Origin: Oscillatoriales cyanobacterium RM2_1_1
Lineage (GTDB): Bacteria; Cyanobacteriota; Cyanobacteriia; Cyanobacteriales; Microcoleaceae
Direction: 5' to 3'
Assembly: GCA_012033335.1 (NCBI GenBank)
Contig: JAAURB010000012.1
Location: forward strand, 30,717 to 54,716
DNA length: 24,000 nucleotides
This document shows positions 1 to 8,595 of the stretch, piece by piece. The notes beneath the pieces were generated by a model. That model saw only the letters and a program-made list of their open reading frames with translations. It searched no databases and was not told the origin of the DNA. The number at the start of each line of letters is the position of its first letter. Positions within the stretch are counted from its first letter, which is position 1. Both the position numbers and the translations under genes were made by a program.

Positions 1-84
1 CTTCCGGAGCAAGCATTCTACATGGTGGGTGATATCAATCAAGTGATCGCCAAAGCCGAAAAAATGAAGTCTGACAATAAGTAG
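1..84 (+). CDS. atpD: ATP synthase F1 beta subunit, C-terminal end (5' truncated by window)
   Basis: Frame 1 reads LPEQAFYMVGDINQVIAKAEKMKSDNK*, the typical cyanobacterial AtpB/AtpD C-terminus; followed by atpC. Confidence 0.9.
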   Translation, partial: LPEQAFYMVGDINQVIAKAEKMKSDNK

Positions 85-141
85 AGTTGGAGGAGTTTGG
101 AGTTGGATCGGGTTTCTATCTATTTCCAACTCCAACTTCAC

Positions 142-174
142 ACTTAAGATTCAAACTTAAGATTCAAACTTAAG
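142..174. repeat. Short tandem repeat, 13 bp unit (acttaagattcaa) x ~2.5, atpD-atpC spacer
   Basis: Read directly: acttaagattcaa|acttaagattcaa|acttaag. Confidence 0.85.
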
Positions 175-348
175 GTCAGGTGATTTCCAGGACTTAAGAT
201 ACCGGATAGATGGTAATTTATGCGTTGCTAATACACCATAGGTCACGGCTATTTTTCAAGACATCACCTTAAAAATTTGAGTGAGCCATTCTAACTTATT
301 AGTTCTCACCGTTTTCTATGCAACTTTTGTATTCATAACATTCAACCT

Positions 349-756
349 ATGGTACTAACTGTTCGGGTTATTTCTCCCAGCAAAACTGTCTGGGATGGCC
401 AAGCGGATGAAATTATTCTTCCCAGCACAACAGGGCAGGTGGGAATTTTAACTGGTCATGTCCCAATGATGACTGCCCTTGATACAGGTGTAATGCGAGT
501 GCGGGTTCAGAATGAGTGGATTCCGATTGTTTTACTGAGTGGATTTGCCGAGATTGAAGAAGACGAAGTCACGATTTTAGTCAATGGGGCTGAGCCAGGA
601 AATGACATTGACATGGAAACAGCCCGCACAGCCTATACCAATGCCCTAACTGCCCTAACTCAAGCGGAAATGGGAACGGAGCAGGAAAAAATCAAGGCCA
701 AAAATGCGTTGAAGCGTGCCAGAGCCAGATTTCAGGCAGCGGGCGGTATGGTCTAG
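349..756 (+). CDS. atpC: ATP synthase F1 epsilon subunit
   Basis: 135 aa ORF; [52 protein letters not shown] is a classic epsilon-subunit N-terminus; follows atpD. Confidence 0.96.
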   Translation: MVLTVRVISPSKTVWDGQADEIILPSTTGQVGILTGHVPMMTALDTGVMRVRVQNEWIPIVLLSGFAEIEEDEVTILVNGAEPGNDIDMETARTAYTNALTALTQAEMGTEQEKIKAKNALKRARARFQAAGGMV

Positions 757-851
757 GGATAGCAATTTTATCTGATGGAGTGCTCAACCCCCCAGGGCTT
801 TTGACCCCGGGGGGCTAGATATTGATCATCCCTCGGGTGTATTTTGGGAGA

Positions 852-883
852 CTGGGAAACCTAAAGAGGGCTGGGTTTCCCAG
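852..883. terminator. Candidate hairpin between convergent atpC (+) and ftsI (-)
   Basis: ctgggaaacc (852-861) pairs perfectly with ggtttcccag (874-883), 12 nt loop. No strong poly-T tail, so the terminator role is inferred. Confidence 0.45.
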
Positions 884-892
884 CCCCTACTT

Positions 893-928
893 GTTGTGTG
901 AAACCTGAGAGTTGTGTGAAACCTGAGA
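893..928. repeat. Perfect 18 bp tandem duplication (gttgtgtgaaacctgaga x2)
   Basis: Read directly at 893-910 and 911-928, next to the ftsI 3' end. Confidence 0.9.
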
Positions 929-949
929 TGATCGATTGCAGGTTTTCAC

Positions 950-2916
950 TCATTGCTGCTCTTCCGCTTCATCTAACTCAGGTTCTGATTCAGCCTTTGA
1001 TTTGACCTCTCCAAAATTCGAAGGAGGGATTTGCTTAATACCAATCAATGCCTCCATCACCTCCTTGACAACAGGGGCAGCTACGGTTCCACCGCTGCCG
1101 GATTCAGGTTCATCGATCACCGCTAGGACAACGTAGCGTGGATGATTAACCGAGAGAATTCCCACAAAGCTAGTAATCTTTGCATACTTGGAGTAGCCCC
1201 TCGACCCCACGGCTTTTTGGGCAGTTCCGGTCTTTCCCGCAATCCGATAGCCCGGAATTTGAGCTTCCTTGCCTGTCCCTGCATCCACAGAAGTTTCCAT
1301 CATATTCAGCACGGTAGTAGTGGTTTGGGAGGAAAACACCTGCTTAGGTTCTGGAAGAGACAACTGCCAGTAAAGATGACCTTTACTGTCATAGAGACCC
1401 TTCACCACATGGGGGGTGACTAATTTTCCGCCATTTGCCAGGACAGCCATGAGTTGAACCAGTTTGACTGGTGTTACAGAAAGCCCTTGACCAAAGGCTA
1501 CCGTTGCCGCTTCCACCGTAACGTTCGTGAACTGACCGCGACTTTTGAGGGTGCTCGGAACTTCAAAGGGCAGATCAACTCCCATCATCTCTCCCAAACC
1601 CAGCCGTTGTAGCCCTTCGTAATAGACCTCTGGATTGAGTTTTTGCATGATCCGCACCATCCCAATATTGCTCGAATACTTCAGGACTTCTCCAACACTC
1701 AAGGTTCCTCGAGGGCCGACATAGCTGTAGTCCGCATTTTCGATTGGCCATTTGCCAATCTGAATCCGACCTTCATCATAGACGGTGGTTTCGGGCTGAA
1801 TTGCTCCAGCCTCCAAGGCTAAGGCAACATTGATCGGCTTGAAGGTAGAACCCGGTTCATAGAGATCGGACAAAGCCCAGTTTTTGAATAGATCGAGGCT
1901 AGATTCATAGTACCGATTTGGATCGTAGGATGGATCATTGGCTAGGGCCAGTAGGGAACCATCTACTGCGTCCATCACAATCACAGTTCCCCGCTTTGCC
2001 TGATTTTTTTTGACGTGGTGATGCAAGACGGAGCGAGCAATCCGTTGCAGGCGAGTATCTAAAGTCAGACGAGCTCCAAATCGTCAAGCTGGACATAGCC
2101 GCTGGCAAGCTGGCTTGGAACCCAGGTACCATCAACAGCCCGCTCAAACAGCAGGGACGGCATGGTGCGCTCTAGCATATCCTGCTGACTATACTCTACC
2201 CCTGCCTGACCCTTGCCCTCAAGATCCACAAATCCGATCACATCAGCAGCAATATCTTCTTGAGGATAGAGCCGTTGCCGATCTTGAATCAACTCCAGAC
2301 CATCAATCCCCTCACTCATGATCCGATTGGCAACGGCTTCAGATAGAGCGGTGGTCACTTTGATGCCGGTTTCTGCCGTAGAGAACTGGGCCAGAAGATT
2401 GGCAGCAGAGATGGCAGTCAAGTCATCTGCCATCAACATCGGCGCAATTCGATCGGCAATTTTTTCTGCTGGGACTTTGAATAGCTTGGGATGGGCATAG
2501 AGGGTATAGGTAATTTGATCCAGGGCCAGAAGATTACCATTGGCATCACTAATCGGTCGCCGGGGTACAAAGGGATGCGATCGCTGATTTTGTTGAGCTA
2601 GGGCCCGCTGTTTCAAGCTTGCCCCTTGAAACACCTGCAGCCGAAATAAATTAGCAGCAAGTCCTAACATCCCCAACACAAGTACGAACCACACGATTCG
2701 CAGGCGCTGCCGATCACAAACATTCCCTGACTGGGCTCGAGTTGGAAGTTCTGACTCAAGGAATGGGGTTTGAGCAGGAATTGGGGTAGGGGCAAAATCC
2801 TGTTCTACCGTGGCATCTGGTTTAACCGAGTCCAAACCCAAGCGTCGAGCCAGGGGTCTTGATCTGAGATTAGGGCGACTGGAACGGAGGGAAATATCTG
2901 AATTGGCATCTCGCAT
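950..2916 (-). CDS. ftsI: Penicillin-binding protein 2/3 (FtsI, peptidoglycan transpeptidase), split by an apparent 1 nt frameshift near 2065-2068
   Basis: ORF 2065-2916 gives the N-terminal TM segment (IVWFVLVLGMLGLAANLFRLQV) and dimerisation domain; ORF 950-2026 gives the transpeptidase domain with SxxK (GSTFK), SxN (SSN) and KTG (GKTGTA). Reading from 2068 in the downstream frame gives LTLDTRLQRIARSVLHHHVKK, which joins the two. Confidence 0.93.
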
Positions 2917-2929
2917 TTGGGCTATACCC

Positions 2930-3838
2930 TCAGTAAGCTAAAGGCTTGTCAGGCAAAGCAGCAGGTTGCTGATCGGATTCTAAGGTCGGAGTGACCGCCC
3001 TGTTAATCTCGGGACGCAGGGGAGCAGGGTGGAGAAAAATCATATTTGCGGGTTCCCGGGGAACTAATCCAGTATCATCTTGCTCCGTTTCCTGGGCAAT
3101 CTTATGCTTCAAAACTTCCCCCGCTGCTCGCAATTGTTGTTCCTCAGTGCGAAGCGCCTCAAGGGTTTGATATTCCTGGCTCCAGAGAGACTCCATATAG
3201 ACTGTCATACCATAGGCCACCAGGGTGACTCCCACGACGAGACCCGCTACTCCTGAGGAAATGTGCTGACACCAAGTGAGCGATCGCAACCAGACGGGTT
3301 TTGACTTGGGGTTGACTTGAATAATCTTAGGAGATCCCTGGGGGTCATTGTGCTTTAGATCATGACGCTTTGAACCGTTACGCTTTGGGCCATGGCGTTC
3401 TAAATTACGATCATGAAAATTACGATCATGACTGTGATTACGACGCTTCGGGTCATGGCGCTTTAAATCGGGGCGCTTTAAATCGGGGTGCTCCAGGTTG
3501 TTGGAGTTACTATAGTGGCTGAAGTCATCGCGTCTCAGATCGGGGCGTTCTAAACGTGTTAAATCATAGTGCTTCAGGTCATTCCGCCTTGGATGAGTCT
3601 GAGAAGAGCGCATTCGCAGATTAGCAAGTCGCTGATATTTTTCCCGAGCTTGCTCGATAGAAATGACATTACTTTCAGACTGAGTCAATTCTGTAATACT
3701 TGTAGTGGAAGACTGCTCCAGACTTCTTGGGTTGATCAGAAAATCATACTCAAAATCTACTCTAGAAGCTGATGGGGTTACGATGGGACTAAATTGATTC
3801 TGACGAGGGGCAACAGCCATAGCTTTTAGTTCCTGCAC
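2930..3838 (-). CDS. Bitopic membrane protein with a charged repeat N-region, one TM helix and predicted coiled coil; FtsL/DivIC-like candidate
   Basis: 302 aa ORF ending 13 bp upstream of ftsI. Single hydrophobic segment ISSGVAGLVVGVTLVAYGMTVYM followed by heptad-like YQTLEALRTEEQQLRAAGEVLKHKI. Same relative position as ftsL in many bacterial division clusters. Confidence 0.65.
   Translation of the reverse strand: MQELKAMAVAPRQNQFSPIVTPSASRVDFEYDFLINPRSLEQSSTTSITELTQSESNVISIEQAREKYQRLANLRMRSSQTHPRRNDLKHYDLTRLERPDLRRDDFSHYSNSNNLEHPDLKRPDLKRHDPKRRNHSHDRNFHDRNLERHGPKRNGSKRHDLKHNDPQGSPKIIQVNPKSKPVWLRSLTWCQHISSGVAGLVVGVTLVAYGMTVYMESLWSQEYQTLEALRTEEQQLRAAGEVLKHKIAQETEQDDTGLVPREPANMIFLHPAPLRPEINRAVTPTLESDQQPAALPDKPLAY
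3341..3592 (-). repeat. In-frame minisatellite-like tract (15 bp / 5 aa periodicity) inside the FtsL-like ORF
   Basis: Encodes NDLKHYDLTRLERPDLRRDDFSHYSNSNNLEHPDLKRPDLKRHDPKRRNHSHDRNFHDRNLERHGPKRNGSKRHDLKHND; aaatcggggcgcttt-type 15-mers are visible on the + strand around 3450-3490. Confidence 0.8.
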
Positions 3839-4090
3839 TCAGTTGGAAATGAATGAGAGATTTCATCAGGCGACAGATGCAAAGAGCCGCTTTAGTCTTA
3901 TCAATAGCAAACTCTAGCATTTTACACCGATCTGAGCTATTCTAACCCCAATTTGAGGGGGGTTGCCAGATTGAACCCAGTCAAGTCTTGATGCAAGGAT
4001 TTGGGTCATCGCAAAGGCGATCGCCAGAGTTATTCCGTACAGTCAGACCCTTGACTCGAACAGGCCGACCCCAGTAGTATTAAGCATCTT

Positions 4091-4135
4091 AAACTTTCAA
4101 GTCTCAAACTTTCAACTCTTAAACTTCCAAGTCTC
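4091..4135. repeat. 15 bp tandem repeat x3, imperfect
   Basis: aaactttcaagtctc | aaactttcaactctt | aaacttccaagtctc, contiguous. Confidence 0.85.
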
Positions 4136-4382
4136 CATTTACAAGGGAGACTTTTTGGGCTCCAACCCGGCAAAATTTGCTGTATTTGATCGTTATAACT
4201 TGATCTCTGTAATTTCTGGGAGAGCTAGGTTTGAAACCTGAGCCGAATATCAGTAAACTCAGCCACTTTTAAAAGGGCTAAAAATAACGGATAAATCCTT
4301 CAGAAATCAGTATTTTCTGGGTTTTATTCCCTTGAAATTCAGCTTATAAATAGAAGTGTAGAAGTTAATTTCCTCAAGAATA

Positions 4383-4562
4383 ATGTTCTCTTCAATCATG
4401 ACTATCCACTCCAATACTCCTTCCGCTCCAATTACCTTCTATAAACTCAGCCGTAATTTTGTAGGGGGTTGTGTGTTTGTGATGCTGCTGCTGATTGCCA
4501 GTCTGCCCCTGACTCTATTTGCTCTATTAAGCCTGCGGACTGAGGCAGAAATTCAATCCTAG
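4383..4562 (+). CDS. Small putative single-TM protein, 59 aa
   Basis: ATG ORF: MFSSIMTIHSNTPSAPITFYKLSRNFVGGCVFVMLLLIASLPLTLFALLSLRTEAEIQS*; strong hydrophobic segment. Below the ORF-track length cutoff. No obvious family. Confidence 0.4.
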   Translation: MFSSIMTIHSNTPSAPITFYKLSRNFVGGCVFVMLLLIASLPLTLFALLSLRTEAEIQS

Positions 4563-4630
4563 ATTGATGCGGGAGGGGCATGGGGTTAATGATAAAATCA
4601 ACTGCAAACTTTTCAGAAAAATGCTTTAAG

Positions 4631-5023
4631 ATGCTTGAATTTATCACCTTACCTGACAATCTTTTGCCCCCCGTTGCTCCCTATTCCCATGCGGTCAGGG
4701 CGGGGGAGTTTTTATTTGTTACAGGTCAACTGGCTGAAGATCCGAAAACAGGAGAAGTTATCCCAGGTTCTTTAGAAAGTCAAACCCATCGAGTCATGGA
4801 CAACTTGAAATTAGTCCTTGATCATGCGGGGGCAAGTTTCAAACAGGTTGTGATGGCACGAATTTTTTTAACAGATTTTCGAGATTACGACATTGTCAAT
4901 CAAGTTTATTCTTCCTACTTTGTGGATGGACGTTTGCCCTGTCGAACAACGGTGGGTGTATTGGGCTTAGCAGGACAGGGAAATGTGGAAATTGATCTGA
5001 TTGTCTATTGTGGTGAACCCTGA
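4631..5023 (+). CDS. ridA: RidA/YjgF family reactive intermediate (imine) deaminase
   Basis: PPVAPYSHAVRAGEFLFVTGQLAEDPKTGEVIPG...QTHRVMDNLKLVLDHAGASFKQVVMARIFLTD...LPCRTTVGVLGLAGQGNVEIDLIVY. Track start is 4580; MLEFITLPDN at 4631 is the more likely start. Confidence 0.93.
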   Translation: MLEFITLPDNLLPPVAPYSHAVRAGEFLFVTGQLAEDPKTGEVIPGSLESQTHRVMDNLKLVLDHAGASFKQVVMARIFLTDFRDYDIVNQVYSSYFVDGRLPCRTTVGVLGLAGQGNVEIDLIVYCGEP

Positions 5024-5216
5024 AATTTCAAACGCTGCAATCGAACATTGCAACCAAATATTGCAATAAGTCAAATCATATTACATCTTATTTCATCCAC
5101 AGGGCATTCTCAAGCTGTTCTCAATTCCTTTGATTCATACTGGTAAGTAGCATTAGTTTTCTGTGGAACTCTAATGAGATTGTTTTTAATAAATTTTAAT
5201 AAATTTTCAGATTACC

Positions 5217-5501
5217 ATGAAAAAGCCTTCACAGCTTATCCGATTAATTTGGGATTTTTATCGGGAGAATCAGGAGGAATTACAACAACTGAAATCCCTT
5301 GAAAAATGTAAAGTTTTCAGACGTTGGGGGATTCTACACATTCAGTGTATGAATCAAGATTTAGCGGAATCTATCTCTAGAAAGCGAGGATTGCTGAGGG
5401 AACCGGTGTCGCAAATGCGACTGGCTCAAAAAATTAAAATCTCAGTCCGGGATACAACGATTTTGGTATTTAGTGTTGATCCAGATACAATCATCGCCTG
5501 A
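5217..5501 (+). CDS. Small conserved-looking protein of unknown function, 94 aa
   Basis: Complete ATG ORF with balanced composition (MKKPSQLIRLIWDFYRENQEELQQLKSLEKCKVFRRWGILHIQC...), clean spacing to neighbours. Confidence 0.65.
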   Translation: MKKPSQLIRLIWDFYRENQEELQQLKSLEKCKVFRRWGILHIQCMNQDLAESISRKRGLLREPVSQMRLAQKIKISVRDTTILVFSVDPDTIIA

Positions 5502-5767
5502 GGGATTCCATGAGAAATTCCTCTAATGATTGATTAGATGCTCTAGAAGCCCCTGGAGACCCACCCCAGCCAGGGGTAGCGCCCCCCCTATGCCCCTTGC
5601 AAACCATTGAAAATTACTGTAAAAAAAGTTCAGCAAACTCTCCGGAATTCCCAATTAATCATTGGAATAACGGAGTAGTAGATGCACCCTGGTCAATACC
5701 CTCTGCCATTCGTAGAGGGCTTTTTTGTATTAATTTTTTTTATCAGTTTTGTGGCTCCAAGATGGAC

Positions 5768-6670
5768 TTACGCATTGAACTTCTGCCGCTCCTGCTGAGC
5801 CTGGGTGAGAATTGTTTCTATCGCTGGCCAATTTTGCTGTTCAATGGCATTGAGGATTTGATCTAACATCTGGCGATAAAGACGGAGGGCTCGGGCGATC
5901 GCTGGGGAGTTATATTGAGCCATCATCGTGCCCAGTTCCGGGTTGCCCCCCCCAACCCGGCTCGTATCCCGAAATCCAGAACTGGCTAACTGATAAGCCA
6001 GTTGGAGAACTGAGGCATCGGATTCCATTTGAATGGCTGTAATCAACCCGGCACTAACCATGACTGGAACATGGGAGATCCAGGCTACAGCTTGATCGTG
6101 GTCGGCGGGAGAACATTGAATCAGTCTGGCCCCCAGCAGGTGAATTAAACCACTCACCTGGTTAATAGCCTGGGGTGAAGTATGGGGTGTTGGAGTCAAC
6201 ACATAGGGTTTGTCTAGAAATAAGTTCAGCAGTGCCGCCTCAATGCCCTGATCTGCAGTTCCAGCCATGGGGTGACCTCCAATAAAATTTGGCCAGAGGG
6301 GCGCGATCGCGTCTATAATAGGCTGCTTCACAGATCCCACATCAGTAATCACGGTATTCGGCTTGAGATAGGGGACTAATTGTTCTACCGTAGACACAAT
6401 TGATCCAATCGGAGTACAAATGGCAATTAAATCAGCATCCGTCAGGGAGTTCAATTCAGTACTGGCAGTGTCTACAATTCCCAGGGCCACCCCTCGTTCG
6501 CCGGTGGATTGACGACGGCTCACCCCCAGAATTTCCAGGTTTGACCACGGTTCTCCCTGAGAAATTTTTGCCAGCCGATCCGCAAACTGGGCCGGATGAT
6601 GACGAATAGCGGAGAGTTCCAGACCAATCGAGCCCCCAATCAATCCCAGACCAACAATTCCCAGCTTCAT
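5768..6670 (-). CDS. tyrA: Prephenate/arogenate dehydrogenase
   Basis: MKLGIVGLGLIGGSIGLEL Rossmann GxGxxG motif; NVITDVGSVKQPII, FIGGHPMAGTADQGIEAA and GTMMAQYNSPAIARALRLYR are TyrA motifs. Start placed at MKLGIV (6670), not track start 6691. Confidence 0.93.
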   Translation of the reverse strand: MKLGIVGLGLIGGSIGLELSAIRHHPAQFADRLAKISQGEPWSNLEILGVSRRQSTGERGVALGIVDTASTELNSLTDADLIAICTPIGSIVSTVEQLVPYLKPNTVITDVGSVKQPIIDAIAPLWPNFIGGHPMAGTADQGIEAALLNLFLDKPYVLTPTPHTSPQAINQVSGLIHLLGARLIQCSPADHDQAVAWISHVPVMVSAGLITAIQMESDASVLQLAYQLASSGFRDTSRVGGGNPELGTMMAQYNSPAIARALRLYRQMLDQILNAIEQQNWPAIETILTQAQQERQKFNA

Positions 6671-6739
6671 AGACTTCAATCGCTCTACCAATAACCTTGC
6701 TTAAACCCATAGAAAACCATTACAGTATTAATTAGATTA

Positions 6740-6813
6740 AGTTTTGTGAATAGGTTTTGTGAGTAGATTTTATGCATAGGTTTTCTAAACAGTTTGTGAA
6801 CTAGTTTGTGAAT
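6740..6813. repeat. Degenerate ~13 bp tandem array, six units, in the tyrA/chorismate-lyase divergent intergenic region
   Basis: agttttgtgaat | aggttttgtgagt | agattttatgcat | aggttttctaaac | agtttgtgaact | agtttgtgaat, contiguous. Confidence 0.75.
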
Positions 6814-6950
6814 ACAGCGTTTCTCACCCTGCTGGAGTCCGAAAGTTGGTGGCGCACCATGCTAACCCACTGCCAAATCCATAATTCACAGAATTGAAAA
6901 TCGTCGTAAGTTCCGTCAGTAAGTTCTATCAGTAATCTCTACAAAAGCCA

Positions 6951-7640
6951 TTGACTGCAAGTTTAAGTAAATCCAGTAAAGTCAGCCAATCCCCTAAGTC
7001 TCAGGTATCAACCGATTGGTATCGCCTCTGCCCTCAATGGCAGGGAGATGAATCGAAGGTACGACAGGGATTACCCCATACTCAACTCGCTCCCCCCTGG
7101 CAAATTTTACTCCTGGGAGATGGCTCTCCCACTCGCCATCTGCAGCTTTTAACCGGGGAGCCCACAGAGGTTGACGTGATTGATATGTCCGCCATTGGTA
7201 TGGATACCGATGAAGCCCCAGAGCTGATTCAGGCTGTACCAGGGCCAAGGCTGCGTCGTCAGGTCTGGCTCCGAACCGCATCAGGACAACGATTAGCCTA
7301 CGCAACTTCTTGGTGGGAAGCCAGTCATGTGGACGACTATCTCCAGAACCGCGATCTGCCAATCTGGGCCAGCCTGGCTCGCCTGCGGACGGAGCTCTAT
7401 CGAGATGTTCAGGGGCTCTACCATGGGGCTTCTCCCGAATTAGAGGTTGCCTTTGATCAGAGTGGGCCATTTTGGGGACGACATTACCTATTCTGGCATC
7501 ATGGTAAGCCATTGACTTTGATCTATGAGGTATTTTCTCCTTATCTAACTCGCTATTTGGGGCCAATCCAGGGGTTAGAGCGGACGCTAGAGCCCTCGAA
7601 TACTAGTTCCACCAAAACTGAGGAGAATAGGTCTGAATGA
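6951..7640 (+). CDS. Chorismate--pyruvate lyase-like protein (cyanobacterial 4-hydroxybenzoate synthase type, plastoquinone head group)
   Basis: LLLGDGSPTRHLQLLTGEPTEVDVI...PGPRLRRQVWLRTASGQRLAYATSWW...GRHYLFWHHGKPLTLIYEVFSPYL resembles the DUF98/chorismate lyase family. Listed start is TTG; true start uncertain. Confidence 0.8.
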   Translation: MTASLSKSSKVSQSPKSQVSTDWYRLCPQWQGDESKVRQGLPHTQLAPPWQILLLGDGSPTRHLQLLTGEPTEVDVIDMSAIGMDTDEAPELIQAVPGPRLRRQVWLRTASGQRLAYATSWWEASHVDDYLQNRDLPIWASLARLRTELYRDVQGLYHGASPELEVAFDQSGPFWGRHYLFWHHGKPLTLIYEVFSPYLTRYLGPIQGLERTLEPSNTSSTKTEENRSE

Positions 7641-8049
7641 AGCTTTCAATCTGCCAGCTCAACCCCAAGCCGACAAACGGTAAAGTAGCCAGCACTAGAA
7701 ACGCTAGCCAACTATTCCATTTGGCATTCTGCAACTCCATTCGCACCAGTAAGCTAGAAGCCAACACCATCAGAAAAGTGATAAATAGTTGCAGCAGGGT
7801 AAACATGATCACAACGGTCAACGACCCCGACAGCACGGCGATGAAGGTTCCAACATCGGATTGAAACCACTGAAACATCGGTTTTTTCAGGGTGGCAGAT
7901 GGAGTAGTCAGCAAAATAGCTAGGGCGACAATGAGAACAGCAATAGAAACCCAGACGTGAGGCTCAAGATTCAAGTCTGTCAAATACCAGCCAACCACAA
8001 AATAAGTCAGGGTGAACAGGAACAGGGCAAGCCAGGTGAATGGATTCAC
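7603..8049 (-). CDS. Multi-pass membrane protein of unknown function
   Basis: 148 aa with at least four hydrophobic segments (MNPFTWLALFLFTLTYFVVGWYLTDL...; VWVSIAVLIVALAILL; FIAVLSGSLTVVIMFTLLQLFITFLMVLASSL). Confidence 0.75.
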   Translation of the reverse strand: MNPFTWLALFLFTLTYFVVGWYLTDLNLEPHVWVSIAVLIVALAILLTTPSATLKKPMFQWFQSDVGTFIAVLSGSLTVVIMFTLLQLFITFLMVLASSLLVRMELQNAKWNSWLAFLVLATLPFVGLGLSWQIESFIQTYSPQFWWN

Positions 8050-8064
8050 AGAATAATGACTCGA

Positions 8065-8469
8065 TTACAGATTGGTTGAAATGGCCTGGACTGGGCAAGC
8101 TGAGATACATTGCTCACAAACGATACAGCGCGATCTCGTAAAGGTCAGATAAAAGGTCTCCGGATTAAGGGTCAGGGCTGCCGTTGGACAAACCCCTGTA
8201 CATAGACCACAATCCACACAAACAGCTTCATCAATCAAAATCTCCCGGCTGGCCAGGGAAACATTAATCCCCTGGGATTGCATCCAGTCGATGGCTTCCT
8301 CCAGTTGGTCAATATCCCCAGAAAGCTCTACCACCAAAGTTCCGACCTGGTTGGGGGCGACCTGAGCTCGGATAATATTGGCTGCTACATTAAAATCCTT
8401 AGCTAATCGATAGGTCACCGGCATTTGAATCGAGCGCCGGGGAAACGTCAAGGTCACTCGTTTTTTCAT
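8065..8469 (-). CDS. NIL-domain 4Fe-4S ferredoxin
   Basis: N-terminal NIL-like domain (VTLTFPRRSIQMPVTYRLAKDFNVAANIIRAQV) plus two cysteine clusters CVDCGLCTGVCP and CIVCEQCISACP. Confidence 0.92.
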   Translation of the reverse strand: MKKRVTLTFPRRSIQMPVTYRLAKDFNVAANIIRAQVAPNQVGTLVVELSGDIDQLEEAIDWMQSQGINVSLASREILIDEAVCVDCGLCTGVCPTAALTLNPETFYLTFTRSRCIVCEQCISACPVQAISTNL

Positions 8470-8595
8470 GATTCTGAGGTTTTTGGGGGATTTTGAAGAC
8501 TGCCTGAAGGTTTTTCTGAGCGGCGTGTTCTAGGTCACTTGCCTAATGGCTGCTGTTAAGGAGTTGAGCTAGTTTGACTGGATATGCCTTCCGAC

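Noticed and set aside
936-2147. ORFs 936-1136 (+), 1142-1423 (+) and 1935-2147 (-) over ftsI
   Set aside because: They overlap the well-supported ftsI frames and have low-complexity or unnatural composition. 1935-2147 (-) is simply the third frame through the frameshift region.
3341-3592. Classification of the tract as true pentapeptide-repeat beta-helix or CRISPR-like array
   Set aside because: Inward-facing positions hold P/H/R instead of small residues; repeats are in-frame coding sequence without spacers.
5550-5576. cccctgg...ccagggg hairpin downstream of the 94 aa ORF
   Set aside because: Only 7 bp of stem and no T-run; too weak to call a terminator.
5597-5866. ORF 5597-5866 (+)
   Set aside because: Mostly spacer plus antisense to the tyrA 3' end; no recognisable motif.
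6994-7566. 190 aa ORF on the - strand opposite the chorismate-lyase-like gene
   Set aside because: Arg/Pro-rich antisense frame within a gene with clear family features on the + strand.
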